From the NCBI RefSeq assembly GCF_964213995.1, contig NC_135830.1, positions 5,394,001 through 5,458,000 on the forward strand: a stretch of 64,000 nucleotides of DNA, given 5' to 3'. The translations under genes were made by a program, and so were the position numbers. The first letter of the stretch is position 1. Each line of letters starts with the position of its first letter. Origin of the DNA: Mustelus asterias. Taxonomy: Eukaryota. Of the stretch, positions 37,440 to 50,529 are shown one piece after another. Below the pieces are notes generated by a model. The model worked only from the letters and a program-made list of their open reading frames with translations, made no database searches and had not been told where the DNA came from.

Positions 37440-37752
37440 GGGATGGTGGCACGGTGGCACAGTGATTAGCGCTGCTGCCTCAGAGTTGGATTCCCGACTT
37501 GGGTCACTGTCTGTGTGGAGTTTGCAAGTTCCCCCCATGTCTATTTGGGTTTCATTCGGGTGCTCCTGTTTCCTCCCACAGTCCAAAGATGTGCGGGTTC
37601 GGTGGATTAGCCGTGCTAAATTGCCCCTTAGCGTCAGGGTGACTAGTTAGGGTCAATACATGTGGTTATGGGGATCGGGATTGCTGTTGGTGCAGACTCG
37701 ATGGGCTGAATGGCCTCCTTCTGTACTGTAGGATCCTATGATTCTATTCTAT
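37440..37752 (+). mobile_element. V-SINE family A
   Basis: tRNA head, V-domain and tail. Confidence 0.85.
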
Positions 37753-37759
37753 GATGTCA

Positions 37760-39075
37760 AGGACAGACACTCTGACGTATGTGAGATGGAAAGTGTGTGA
37801 GAGGGTGTTTGGGTGTGTGTGTGAGAGAGAGAGAGAGAGTGAATGTGTGGGAGGGTGCCTGTGTGTGATAGACTACGTTTGCACGTGTGTAAGACAGTGG
37901 GCTGTGCGTGCAAGAGGGGAGAGTGTGTGTGCGAGAAAGGGTGTGTGAGATAATGTGTGTGTGTGAGAGAGCATGTGTTTGAAGAGTTATTCTTTGTGTG
38001 TGATAGTGTGTCTCACCTTGAAAGTGTGTGTGTGGAGGAGCGGGGAGAATGTGTGTGGGGAGTCTGTATGAGAGAGTACTTCTGTGTGTGATTGAGTGTG
38101 TGTTTATGTGAAAAGAAGTGTGTCTATATGAGATACAGGGTGTCTGTGAAAGAGAGTGCGTGTGCTTGAGAAGGAGGGTCTGTGTGTGGGAGAGAGTGTT
38201 GTGTTCATGTGAAAGACAGTGTGTGCGAGAGGGAGTGCCTATTTGAAAGCAAAATAGTAGGTTCATGAGTGTGTGAAAGTGTGCATGGGATTGCGTGTGA
38301 GTGAGAAAGATGTGTACAATGTGTGTGGGCGATAGAAGCAATATTTTTGAGTGTGTGTGTGTGTGTGAGCGTGTGTGTCTGTGACAGAGAGAAAGAGTTT
38401 TTGTGTGTGAGAGAGAGACGTTGTGTGTGGTTTATGTGGGTGAGAGTGTGTCAGACACATGAGTGCTTTTGCACGTGTGTGAGACAGTGGTCTGTGTGTG
38501 CAAGAGGAGAGAGTGTGCGTAGAGAAAGGATATGTGATATCGCAAATGTGTGTGTGTGAGAGAGAGAGTGTGTGTTTGAAGAGATATTCTTTATGTGTGT
38601 GAGAGTGTCTCTGTTCTTCAAAGTGTGTGTGCGTGTGTGGAGGGGCGGGGAGGTGTGGAGGTGTGAGCGAGAAAAAGTGTGAAAATTAGACAGAGTGGAT
38701 GTGTGAGTGTGTGTGAGTGAAATAACGATTGAGAGAAAACGTGTCTGTGATAGGTGGAGTGTTTCAGAGAGATACATTGTGTATACATGTGTGTTCGTGT
38801 GTGAGAGACGGAAAGACTGTGGGCGTGTGAGAGAGAGAGTCTTTGTGAGAGACAGTGTTTGAGAGCAAGATTGTGCGTATGTGAGATAATGTGTAAGGGA
38901 GTAAGCGTGTGAAAGAGAGAGAAATATGTGCCTGCGTGAGAGAATGCGTGTGGAAGTGTTCGTATGAGAGAGGGAGCATGTGAATGAGTTGTGAGACGAA
39001 GTGAGAGTACGGGAATGTGGGAGGGATAGTGCATGTGTGCATGTGTGTGTGTGCGTGTGTGTGTGTGTGTGTGTT
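37760..39075. repeat. Degenerate (TG)/(GA) tract with an internal duplication (about 37878-38035 vs 38468-38640)
   Basis: tttgcacgtgtgt(a/g)agacagtgg...gcaagagg recurs. Confidence 0.85.
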
Positions 39076-39149
39076 TCCTGGCCCCAACACAGTGACCACG
39101 CGCACAGAAACAGAACAGACATAAACGGTGCAACAATCGAGTGCCCAGC

Positions 39150-42100
39150 AGATAGATCTGTTCAATCTGTCAATTTCATTCAAACTGTTGGATTCTAATT
39201 GATCAATGGCCAACTTACAACAACAGAAAATTAATAACCTATTTTAAATTAAACTGATATTCATTTCAAAACACCTTTCGACTGTTAATTATTCCTCTGT
39301 CTCACTTCTCGAAAACTATGTAAAAATGTAATTTCGCCGAAAATGAGCAATCAAAAATAACAGATTCAGGACAGTTCAATGTCCCTAACAGAGATGCGGT
39401 GACACAGCAAGAAGTAACCAAATCAAGAAACATTTAGATTGAAAATCATTACCTGATTAGATCTAATTTCTTAATTAAATGTACTCAACAAATTAATCAA
39501 AGCAAAGCACTTTATCGAGTGAGCACAGCTGAGTAAAGTAATGTTTTGTTTCTGAATACATTTCCGATACAATTGAATATTCTCTAAAACGGATTGTATT
39601 TTGCACGCCTGTACAATATTCAAGGTAGTTTGTTTTGAATTAATCAGCAGCATTATTATATTTTAAGTTATTGTTAATTACTAGTTAGTTCTCCTGTCAG
39701 CTCATTTGTACTCTGTAATAAAATGGGTTTTCAATCATTCAAAATGTGCTTCTGCCTCCAACATTGTTAAATAATTAGGTTACAATTAAATCTTAGACAA
39801 TGTTAAATATAATTTCAAATTACTGAACAGAAACATTCAGACATCTGTCATTCATTTACTTAAATCTAATCACATTGTAATATTTTACTTTTTCACTTTT
39901 ACTACAAGTGTCTTATTATAACCTGCAAAAGTGTTAAAATTGCATACTGCTGAATATGTATAGACTGTAACGGCCTGGCAGTTTGAAGTCAATAATACTG
40001 CTTCCAAGATTTAGTAATTTAGAACATCCATATAACTTAATTACTGAACACATTGTTTAATTAAAGAAGATCTGAATTAAACAGTGCAAACACAAAGAGG
40101 ACAATTGATTCAAATCCTCTGTAACACTAAAACATGATGCAGAATGTAAGTCCAGACTTTTTCTTCATTATAATATTTAATATGAATTAAACATAAGGTT
40201 CAGATAGAATCAATTCTTCTATTCTGTCATTTATTCTTCCCATAATTCTATCCTGTGTTCAGCAGTAATGGGAGACATGATGTTATTATCAAGTGCAGAG
40301 ATAAGATTATTTTTATAGTATTTATAATAGTATAATATTTTTATTTAAATTAATCTTTTTGAATTTCAAGCATTAACTTGTCCATCTCTAGCCAGTTTCT
40401 GTTGACACTTTACTACAATTCAAACACAATTATGTGAACAATGTGAACAATTGCATGAGTGTCAGCGAATTCCACCTGTCAGAAAACTCTGTTCGCTCTG
40501 TCAAATTTATTCAAACTGTTTGATTCTAATTGATCTAAGGTCAAATTACAACTGCAAAAAAGTCAATAAAAAATTTAAATTAACCTGATGTTCATTTCAA
40601 AACTCCCTTCGCCTTTTAACTATCTCTCCCTGTCTGTCTCAAATCATGAAAACTGGGCAAAAATGTATTTTTTCTGAAAATGAGCACCTCAAATATAACA
40701 GATTCAGGGTAGTGTAATCTCCCTAACAGAGATACAGTGTCTCTGTAAGAATTGTAATTCATGATTTATTTTAATATGTAAGCATCAGTTAACTTGAATA
40801 AAAGCCCAAACATCTAATTATTTTATTTTTCCGAAACCTTTTTCCTTTATCCCTGCAAGAATTTTCAAACGCAGTTTTATTTTCATTTAGCCAGAAAACC
40901 TGTAACCGCTCAGTTTCACAGAGTTGAAACAATACAGAAACAATTGAGAAACACCAAACCATTTCACAAATTTTGAGATGAGATTAGTAATTAATTATCT
41001 CGGTATCCAATTACAAATTACTTGGAAGGAATAATCTGATTGCGACTGCACAGAAAGAAAATGTAATAATCGGATACATAAATTGCCAAAAAGCAACGTC
41101 TTATTCTGCAAAACCCGTATTCCAGTGAATGCGAACTTAATCTGGGATATAACGACTAATGCAAAGTATCTTGTTGAATTGAGCGCTGCTATGGAAACAG
41201 CACGTTATCATTGAAATAGTTTCTGGAATTATCACAAAATATTTCCAGCCCAGAAACTTTTCTGGTCATTTTAATCGAACAGAACTATTAGAGGTGATTA
41301 ATGAATAATGATATTAACATAAAAAAATCTTTGGTGAATATGGAGTTATATTGCCGATCAATAATTGTTTGATTTATCTTAATTTCATGATCAAATTGGT
41401 TAATGAGAAGTTTGTGATTGCAGCAATGACTTAGTGTCCAAGTGAACTTTGTAAGTCATGATTTATTTTAATATTTAAACATTAGTTAAAATTTATAAAA
41501 ATGTTGTGATATCTTGATTTCATTTTTTTCCAAAACCTGCCTGTTTTCTACTACAAGGACTTTCAAACTCAGAGATTCTTTGCATTCAACCAGAAAACGT
41601 GTAACCGCTCAGTGCCGCCGAGTTTAAACAATGCAGAAACAATGCGGAAACACCAAATCACTTCGCAAATTTTAAACTATCATAGTGGCCGAACCACAGA
41701 ATCTCCTGAACATAAACACTCCAAAGCACATCACTGAGGGAATTATTCCGCTTCATGAAGAAGCAGCTCAATTATTCATTCAACATAATAAAATGTAACA
41801 TTGCAAGAAAATCTCAATATCGAATCCAGCAAAACAGCTCGTCACCAAATGTATGAATTATTAAACAAAACAGAAATCTGGAATAATAGCAATAGCATTG
41901 TGAAGAGATAGAATATATCCAACACATTAATATGGAAACTTTACCACATTTTATTCATATTGGATCATATTTCAAACATATTTAAACATTTGGATGGTAA
42001 AAGCTGCAGCAATCACTGAGATTTAACATTGCAGGTTAACCAAATAGTGAATGCAGTGGCAAACTATATTCTGAACAAACTGCGTAAACTGTGATTTAGT

Positions 42101-42900
42101 TTAACCTGCAATTATCAATTATGATTTTCAAAAATGCCAATGGAATAAAGCCTGCCTGATTTCAGCATATAATCATGCGTCAAGCAGTTTCAGACGCGAA
42201 GACTGTTTGTATTCAATCACAAAGTGTGTAACAGCTGTGTCACCGAGATTAAATAATGCAGAATCGCCAAACCATTTCAAAAATTTTACTTATTCAAAGT
42301 CACCCAGACCCACAATCTCCTCAACAGAAAAAAAAATATATCACTGAACCCCGCATAATGCAGAAGCAGCTCAATTCTCCAAACGCTTTCAATAGAATCA
42401 AATGTAACATTGACAGCAAATCTCAAATTTAAATCCAGCCAATCCGCTCATCACCAAACTAATCAATGATTAAATTAACAGAAATATGTCAGAACCACAC
42501 CGGCATTGCGAGTAAGCGGAATATGATCACTCAATTAATACAGAATCTTTAACACATTTTTAAAATATTGGGTTAGATTTCAAATGCGTGTGCAGCAGAT
42601 GGTACAACCCGCAGCCACTAGATGTCACCGAGTTTATACACTGCAGAAACGTCGAACTGTTTAACAGAAGTTAGACAGTAACTTTTAAAGTAACCCAGCC
42701 ACACAATGTCCTCAGCAGATAAAGACCAAAATACAACAACCAAGGATTGAATCCCTCAGCATCGCCTTGTCAATTAACAGTATAATTTTATAACCCCCAT
42801 TTTCAGCAGAATCACATGAAACATTGTTCAGATTTTTAGTACAGAATCCGCCAAACCACATTTCAGTGAACGAATGAATTAATAAAATCGATAAAAAATA
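39150..42900. repeat. Old block duplications in the JH-proximal intron
   Basis: 39155-39410 resembles 40487-40745; 40757-40975 resembles 41455-41670; 41560-41995 resembles 42190-42600, with a further relic to about 42900. Confidence 0.75.
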
Positions 42901-42951
42901 TAAAACAAAAGCTCAAGTAAAACAGTTACTAAATAATTGCATGGTTCTTAC

Positions 42952-42999
42952 CTGCAGTCACCGTCACCATGGTCCCTTGTCCCCAGTAGTCAAAGTAGT
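42952..42999 (-). CDS. IGHJ: JH segment (YFDYWGQGTMVTVTA)
   Basis: WGxG motif; donor G|gtaag at 42951. Confidence 0.98.
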
Positions 43000-43038
43000 C
43001 ACAGTGTCACATTCGCTTGGCTGGATCATACAATAACT
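43000..43038 (+). other. JH 23-RSS
   Basis: CACAGTG, 23-nt spacer, ACAATAACT. Confidence 0.95.
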
Positions 43039-43364
43039 GGCCCTGCAAAAAATAGACAGAAAAGCCGCCATTATTTTAAATATTCACAAACCTGAGGAAA
43101 AGCAAAGTCAATTAATATTCATGAAATTATTATTGTATTTGTGGATACCGTTCGCTCGACATAAATAACCCTTATGTTTTGTATTTCACCGGGTATAACA
43201 TGAACATGTTACTGAAAACACCAAATGATAATTGAATAGTTATCATAAATTTTCCATTTGATTCTCGCTGTTTGTACAGAGCTGGGCATAAATAATACAG
43301 CACTGCAAATAATTTTGGATTGCAAAACAGAGCACTGACCCACTCTCGGTCAATTAGTGCTGAG

Positions 43365-43433
43365 GGTTTTTGTATTGACAGTAACTGTTGTGCCACCCCA
43401 GTTATCACAGTGAGACACAGCATGACAAATACT
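43365..43433 (-). other. IGHD: DH2 segment (43393-43405, ATAACTGGGGTGG) with 12/12 RSS
   Basis: V-side CACAGTG-12-ACAAATACT; J-side CACAACA-12-ACAAAAACC. Confidence 0.92.
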
Positions 43434-43744
43434 GAGTCTGACTGCTAACTGTAAAATACAGAGATTTAATTTCACTACTCTCAAAAATCTGATTCTGCCT
43501 CTTCTATGAGCGAATGAGTGAGATATTGTAGCTTGTCCAAGTCATTATATTTACAAAGGGTATCGGAATGCTTTTAAACCCTCTATGTAGATTTAGCATA
43601 TCGTTCAACACAGATTTTACGGGAAGATTTTTATACCTTTTCACAAACTAATATTGCTTCTGCGCATTATTTCATTGAAGCCTCTTTTACTTTGAAAATC
43701 CTGCTGTGGTGCTGATCACCAATTTGAGCGATCTCTTTCCATGA

Positions 43745-43824
43745 GGTTTTTGTATGAGGATGTCGCTGTGCTCAGCACTGTGACCCACTGCTGTATCACA
43801 GTGACAGACACTCGCACAAAAACT
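43745..43824 (-). other. IGHD: DH1 segment (43783-43796, ATACAGCAGTGGGT) with 12/22 RSS
   Basis: V-side CACAGTG-12-ACAAAAACT; J-side CACAGTG-22-ACAAAAACC. Confidence 0.95.
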
Positions 43825-44196
43825 GCACTTACTCTCTGTTCAGTACTGCCGCTCAATATTCACTTCAAATAGACCATTATTCGTGATGTAATTTACACTT
43901 CATGCAACAGTTTACAAAACACAATCTAAAAACATCTCCTCCAAGTATCAGAAATATTAAAACGAGCATTATATCCAGGTGTGTAATTGCTGAAACTGTT
44001 AACAGTAAATATAAACAGAGTGAAAAGCTCAGCCCGTTATGTCTGTGTGTTTTCTTGGTTTAATGTTTAATTTTCACTAAGTTGGGTTTGTCAGAAGCAG
44101 TTTGTGTTTTGCTTCTGATCACTGTCGTTAGTGTTATATTTAAAACAGATACTGACCTTCAGGTTATGATGAAAGTTGCTGAATTCCCTCTCGAGC

Positions 44197-44235
44197 TGTT
44201 CTTGTTCGGGTCCATCCCTGGTTCCTCTCGCTGTG
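44197..44235 (-). other. VH 23-RSS
   Basis: CACAGCG, 23-nt spacer, ACAAGAACA. Confidence 0.93.
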
Positions 44236-44540
44236 GTCTCTTGCACAGTAATAGATGGCGGTGTCTTCGGTCTTCAGCCTTGTCATCTCCAAAGAGAAGA
44301 TGTTGGTTGAAGTGTCTTTAGACGCACTAAATCGATCCTTAATTGCTGGGGCGTAGTTGTTGCTGGATGAACTATAGTAGCGAACCAGCCACTCCAACCC
44401 CTGTCCTGGAACCTGTCGGATCCAGTACATGCTGTAGCTGCTAAGAGCGAAGCCGCTGGTTTTACAGGTCAGTGTCAGGGAGCCTCCGGGACGCCCGGTC
44501 TCTGCCTCTGGCTGAGTCAACACAACCTGCGTCTGGACAC
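44236..44540 (-). CDS. IGHV: VH exon (leader part 2 and V domain), intact
   Basis: [26 protein letters not shown]...[12 protein letters not shown]...[11 protein letters not shown]; acceptor at 44541-44542. Confidence 0.98.
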
Positions 44541-44672
44541 CTGCAAAAATAGATCAAAAAACCCGAGGATTAATCCTGGTGTAATGGTTTTTGACTCTGG
44601 AATATTACAGAGATGGACTAAAACTGAGACAGTAACTGTGGGAGACTTAGAAAATGAAAAATAACTACTCAC

Positions 44673-44718
44673 CGGATAAGAAAGTCAGCAACAAACTGAG
44701 ACAAATCGCCGACCTCAT
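44673..44718 (-). CDS. IGHV: VH leader exon (MRSAICLSLLLTFLS)
   Basis: 46-nt hydrophobic signal exon; donor G|gtgagt. Confidence 0.95.
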
Positions 44719-44806
44719 CCTTCTGGTGATTTGGGGGAAATGGTTGTGTCAGGAACTCAGTGAACAAACCAACTCCCGGACTGTTGGATTCCGGTCCGGT
44801 GAGCGG

Positions 44807-44880
44807 TATTTAAATACCCGGCAGAAGGGGGCGGCTTTCCAGGCGCCGCCTGTTGATTCCCTGCTGGAGGCGGCGACTGG
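44807..44880 (-). promoter_or_regulatory. VH core promoter: TATA-like TATTTAAATA and GC box
   Basis: TATTTAAATA at 44807-44816, about 90 nt before the ATG; GGGGCGG at about 44828. Confidence 0.7.
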
Positions 44881-47849
44881 ATCCAGGTCCCACCTTCCAC
44901 ACCCAACAGAATGGACTCCCAGATTTACAATAGGTTAATATTAAAATGGACATTTTGTCTGTGTCGGGATATTTGTTTGGCTGAATATGTTCATTGTATT
45001 GTCTCCATTATTTCTGATGGTGATATTGCAGTTCATCATTTCTTTATTTAAATAACTATTTCCATTGTAAATATGGTGATTTTATTACCACGCCCCCAAG
45101 AAGAACACAAATCTAAAAATGATGAAATAACAGTTTTGGAAAATAAAGAGACCGTCAGTCTGTGTTGCAACAATTCCGGGTCTCTGTCACATCACAATAA
45201 TAAAGCATCATTTATCAGAAGAATTTTTACCTATTTCTGTAACTAAATGAGGGGATGAACAAAGTGATTGCATTTACAGTGTGGATGGCTATCACTGTAC
45301 AATTTGGGTTTGGAGATGAGAAGAAACTCTCACACAATACAATGTTTCTCCTTATATTTGTCAAACTGCCCCAATCTCGAAGACAGCCCTTTGAAAATAA
45401 TAAGAATCCTGCCCTCCTGATAATTAAATAGTGAGTTGAGAGAGAAAAACATAAAATTAACATCGACTTTTGACAGAGAAGTTAATGAATCGGAACGGAC
45501 ACGGAGATCATTAAAGTTCTCCTTCAGCAGCCAAATCGTGGCAGCTCACTCTATTGGCCACCGGCTGTCTAATATTTATTGGTATTGGGAACACAAGATA
45601 TCAGGGCTTTGCTGCACATTGCACAATATCACAAGAATAAATATTTTACCTTCCATTGAATCAGGTTATGAACTGATCATTTCTCCACTCATTGGCAGCT
45701 ATGAGAGGAACTCTTCAATAACAGGAATCAGATTATACTGTACAATAGTACACGGTGTAAATCAGGTACAAGAGACGCTGCTGTTTAAATAGGATGCAAA
45801 ACTTTCAGAATATTCCAGGAATCCCTGTTGTTCATGTCAGTTTTATGATGTTCTTTTAATATTATTTCGATGCATTTGTGCCATTGCTCTGATCTCAATT
45901 AACTGGGGAATTGGGACCATCAACATCTCTCTCTCGCATTTCATGAAGTGGTTAATAAACAGACTTTAATTATTGGAATGACATTTATTTGGAAGTTATA
46001 CAAATGAAAAAGCATCTGGTCACTTTATTGTTTTGCGATGCTATTTACTCACATAATGAACAGGACATTGAATGAAAATCTTTGATTAGAATGATTCCGA
46101 TTTAAAATGTGTCATTCTTGTGGGAATGAAACGTTTATTGTTTAAATGGCTGAATCCCATTTTGTCCATTCAGGTTCACACTAATCTTTCCCACACAGTA
46201 TTTGGCAGCAATCCAGCCTGCTGCCAAATGCTCAAAGTTATTGACAGGAAGCATCTGGGGGTGTTTGTGCAGTAGATCTGTTTCCTCAGTACTGACCGCT
46301 TGGCTGCAAGCCAACTTCAAATCCTTCGCATTGTCAATGAGCCCTATTTATAAAGAAATCTACCCAGCAACAGTACTGGAGGCAATTTAATATTTTAAGT
46401 TGTAAGTCTATATGGATTTTACCCATCTCTCAAGAAAGACAATTTATGCAGCTTCTCTGACACCCTGTTAGCAACAATGATGATTTTTCCAACACATCAG
46501 GATATTGTCATGGATGGATCGAAAGAATTACAGGCAGACTGAGAGATGATTCAGGGAGACGATACATGTTGTAATACATGAACATGTATGCTTGTGTATT
46601 CTTTCCCTATCTCGTTCCATGAGATGTTTGAGTTGGTGGAACGACGAGCACATTATGCCTGTCCCAAATTCCCTTGAACTGAATGGTTTTCTATGCCACT
46701 TCTGAAGAGTCAGCCATTTTGTGTCCGTCTGGAGTCACATTCTTGTGAGACCAGGTAGCGATGGCAGATTTCCCTCATTGGGGGATCAGAGAGGGTTCTA
46801 TGGTCGCCATTAGAATGTATTCCATATTTATTAATTGAATTCAAATTCCACCAGCTGCAATGCTCCGATTTAAATCCCTGTCCCCACATCATTGTCCTGG
46901 GCCTCTGGATCACTGGGCCAATTAAATTAATATTACGTCACCATCTGCACAAACAATAAATGAATGACTGTCTTGATGCAGGAATGAATGACAGTTGAAT
47001 GAATGATAGTTGGATGAATGACAGTTGGATGCCTGAATATTTTGATTGAGGAATCAGTGAATGGATTGATGGATGCATTGCGAGATGGTATTGAAAAATG
47101 CTGTTCTACATTCCCATATTTGTGCTTGATTATTTCATAAATTGAATCAGCTCCTTTATTCCATTTGTGTCAGTCTAATACCTTCAACTCTTTCAGAGTC
47201 TCTGGGTGAAATCCATCCCGAGTTTATCGGGAGTTAGCAAGCTGATCCTCACGAAGAGAAGGACGAGATATTCCTGCCGCTCGGATGGTTCATTTCTCTG
47301 CTGATGCTGAATCTTCATATCCAAGATAAAAAGAGTGAACATGATTAGTTTGAGGAGGGAGGATTGTAATATTTGAAACATGTGGTTCTTTGACGTACAG
47401 CAAATCACTCAACATGCCCTCACCTAAATTAGTGAAGGTAACAGGGTGAAACGTAAATAAGATACCAACAGAAATATTGTGAGACTCACTGGACAATAAC
47501 AATTGTTACATTACTTCCCAAAACAGTGTAATACTGAATCGGGATTTAAAGATTCAGTAACTTCACATGAGGTACAGGTAGTTTCATTTATATCATCACT
47601 TTGAAAATCATCACACACTCTAGCTATGTATCAGGACATTCTGTGTGATGATGAGGTGATTACTTGTCAATGAAGAACAGAGGCTGCTGGGTCGCTGTTC
47701 ATTATGCTCGGTCTGAATTAATTTCATTCCCCACTGAATTCTGGGACAGGTTATATTCCTTGGTGACAAAAAGGCCAATATGATGCCAATAAATGTTAAT
47801 ACATCCTACGAAGCAAATTACAATTGTATGTTGTACAGAATGAAAGACT

Positions 47850-48380
47850 GAAAACAAACAGAAAATGCTGGAAAATCGCAGCAGGTCTGACAGCTTCTAT
47901 GGAGACAGAATAGAGCCAACTTTTCGTGTCTGGATGGCGCTTCGACAGAGTATTCCTGATGCGTTGGAGAGATCATCATTGTTTCTAACAAGGTGTCAGA
48001 GAAGCTGCATCACTTTCCTGTGAGATGGGAATAGTTTAAGTAGTTACTGTTTAATGATATACACTATTTCGAACCACACACAAGTTACATCAATTCAGAT
48101 ATCGATCCCAAATATCATATTCAACTTCTCCATCCTAACTAACCTAATCAACGCCTCAATCACTAACTATATTCTAAAAAAAACTTCCTAATCCCTTTCC
48201 AACCGTATCATTTCCCAATTTCATCATCCACTTCAATTTCCTCCAAATAAAAATTCGTCATCCTGACTCAAAATGTTGGCTCTATTCTCTCTCCCCAGAT
48301 GCTGTCAGACCTGTTGAGATTTTCCAGAATTTATTGTTTTTGTTTCAGTTTCCAGAATCCGTAGTATTTTGCTTTTATCA
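47850..48380. mobile_element. Inverted tails of a second Penelope-like family with filler
   Basis: 47850-47950 is the reverse complement of about 48256-48345. The block is absent from the paralogous flank (about 61885-61910). Confidence 0.6.
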
Positions 48381-48862
48381 AAATGCTGAATATAATTGGT
48401 GAAATAATTGTTTATCTGTATGAATTGATGATAATTGGTGAAGTGAAACAACCCCGCCTGGAAATTCCCCCCCCCCCCCACCTCCCCCGCCCCCCTCCCG
48501 AAGACACTCATCAACCCCACTTGAACATATATTACCATTCCTATACTGTCGCTGGGTCGGAATCCATGAGCACCCTCCCGAACAGCACTATGGGAGTACC
48601 TACTCTGCAGGTTTTGCAGCGGTTCAACAAGGCGGTTCACCACCACTTTACTGAATGCAATTAGCAATGGGGAACAAATGCTGGCCTAGAAAGTGTCGCC
48701 CACCTCCCATAAAGTAATGTTAAATATACTAATCTTTATGAATGAATGAGAACTGGTGAATGCATTTTTAAAAATTGTGAATGGATGGTCGTTGGTGAAA
48801 ATAATTACTATTTTTCTGAACATTTATGACATTCTCCATATCTGCTGGAAGATTTAATGTTT

Positions 48863-49161
48863 GAAGTTTATTTATTAATGTCACAAGTAGGCTTACATTA
48901 ACACTTCAATGAAGTTACTGTGAAAATCCCCGAGTCGCCACATTGCGGCGTCTGTTCGGGTACACCGAGGGAGAATTTAGCCTGGCCAGTGCACCCTACC
49001 TGCATGCCTTTTCGGACTGTGGGAGGAGCACCCAGAGGAAATCCACGCATACACGGGAAGAATGTGCAGATACCGCACAGACACTGACCCAAGCCAGGAA
49101 CCAAACCTGTGGCCCTAGCGATGTGAGGCAACAGAGCTATCCACTGTGCCATCCTGGCACC
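48863..49161 (-). mobile_element. V-SINE family C (alternative 3' tail)
   Basis: tRNA head and V-domain; tail ...gtaagcctacttgtgacattaataaataaact. Confidence 0.8.
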
Positions 49162-49219
49162 CACCATTCCACAAGAGATGCATGATTCAAATTCATCACA
49201 CCTTTTGCAAAGTAAGCCA

Positions 49220-49520
49220 ATGGAAGAGTCTGCTCCAGCTACAGACATATCTCAGTCATGGCATCACGGGAAAGATCTTTGCTAGGGTCACACTTGAAAT
49301 ACATCATCTACTTGCAGACCGGGTGTTCCTGATGTGCAGTGTAGTGATTGTGTTGGAAGATTTACTCCAGCCAACAACTTCTCCATGTTCCATATGTCCA
49401 TATCTTTAACGTACTTTGGTCAATCTCGCTAAGACATTCAACACCGTCAGCACGGCAAGGACCATAGGATTTTGGTGATAACTGGCTCTACACCAAAATA
49501 TCCATTCATGATCCAAAACG
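49220..49520 (+). mobile_element. RTE-like LINE relic
   Basis: Degenerate GKIFARV and L.K.F.TVS remnants; paralog at about 63730-63960. Confidence 0.45.
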
Positions 49521-49839
49521 ATAACACACAATGACAAATGGTAGCTTAATGGGCAGCACTTGTGGCAGAACTAACCTTTCAAAAATTGTCCTCTTCAATC
49601 ATCAGAAAAGGTGACATATGTAAAGGAAGCCAATCTGAATTGGATGTGTTTATTGTGTGTCCATCATGTAGTGTAAATGGAAGGATGCAAGTGATCATTT
49701 TGAAATTAATTTCTGTCAAACATGATATATTTCACAAAACACACGCAAACCAAGATGCTCAATTTTTGTTCCGCCAGGATCACTTGATTCCAGAAATGAT
49801 TTAAAACGAGTCCAAATATAGATACAAATTTTAAATTAA

Positions 49840-50460
49840 AAGGTGAAGAGAGGTTGCGTGCCCTTGACATCGACGCAACATTTGACCGTTTGTCGCATCA
49901 AGGAGCCCGAGCGAAACTGCAGTTAATAGGAATCAGGGGGAAACAGTCCACTGGCTGGAACACAAAGGAAGATGGTTGTGGTTCTTAATGGTCAATCATC
50001 TCAGTCACACGGCTTTGCAGGAATTCTTCAGGTTAGTGACAAAGCCCCAAGCTTCAGCCATCATCAAAGTTCATATGTGGGATGTTCACTGATGATTGAA
50101 CAAAGTTCAGCACCAGTTCCGACTCCTCAGGTACTGACACAGTCTGTGTCCATATGAAGCAAGACTTAGAAAATATTCAGACTTGGGCTATTGAGTGACA
50201 AGTAACATTAATGCCACACAAGTGGCAGGCAATGACCCTCTCCAGTAAGGGAGATCCCAACCATCTCCCCTTGACACTAAGTAGCATTACTAGCGCAGAA
50301 TCCCACACTATCAACATCCTGGGCATTATACTTCGTGAAAATCTGAACTGGAACAGGCATTTAAATCATGTGGCTACAAGAGCAGGTGAGATGCCCGGGG
50401 TTCTTCGGCGAACAGCTCACCTCCTGAATTTCCAAACCCTATCCATCATCTACCAGGCAA
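49840..50460 (+). mobile_element. Old LINE (CR1/L2 group) RT relic
   Basis: ALDI..FD..SH.G remnant and downstream RT-like sequence. Confidence 0.6.
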
Positions 50461-50529
50461 AAGATTGTACTTTTATTGTACTTTGCAATACCTCCTAATT
50501 GCTGCATTGTCCGAATCTCAGTGTGCATC

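Larger units (their letters stand above)
45050..49520. repeat. VH 5' flank, segmentally duplicated at about 58510-64000
   Basis: Collinear similarity, e.g. 45430-46620 vs 59520-60715 and 47330-47830 vs 61385-61880, including a shared SINE relic (46630-46950 vs 60720-61040). Confidence 0.88.

Noticed and set aside
43764-43770. Nested heptamer CACAGCG inside the D1 22-nt spacer as a dual 12/23 RSS
   Set aside because: It is only 10 nt from the nonamer, outside 12 +/- 1.
30602-44718. IgW, IgNAR, IgM1gj or another germline-joined gene
   Set aside because: Four mu-type C exons including Cmu2, a conventional VH and separate RSS-flanked D1, D2 and J indicate ordinary IgM.
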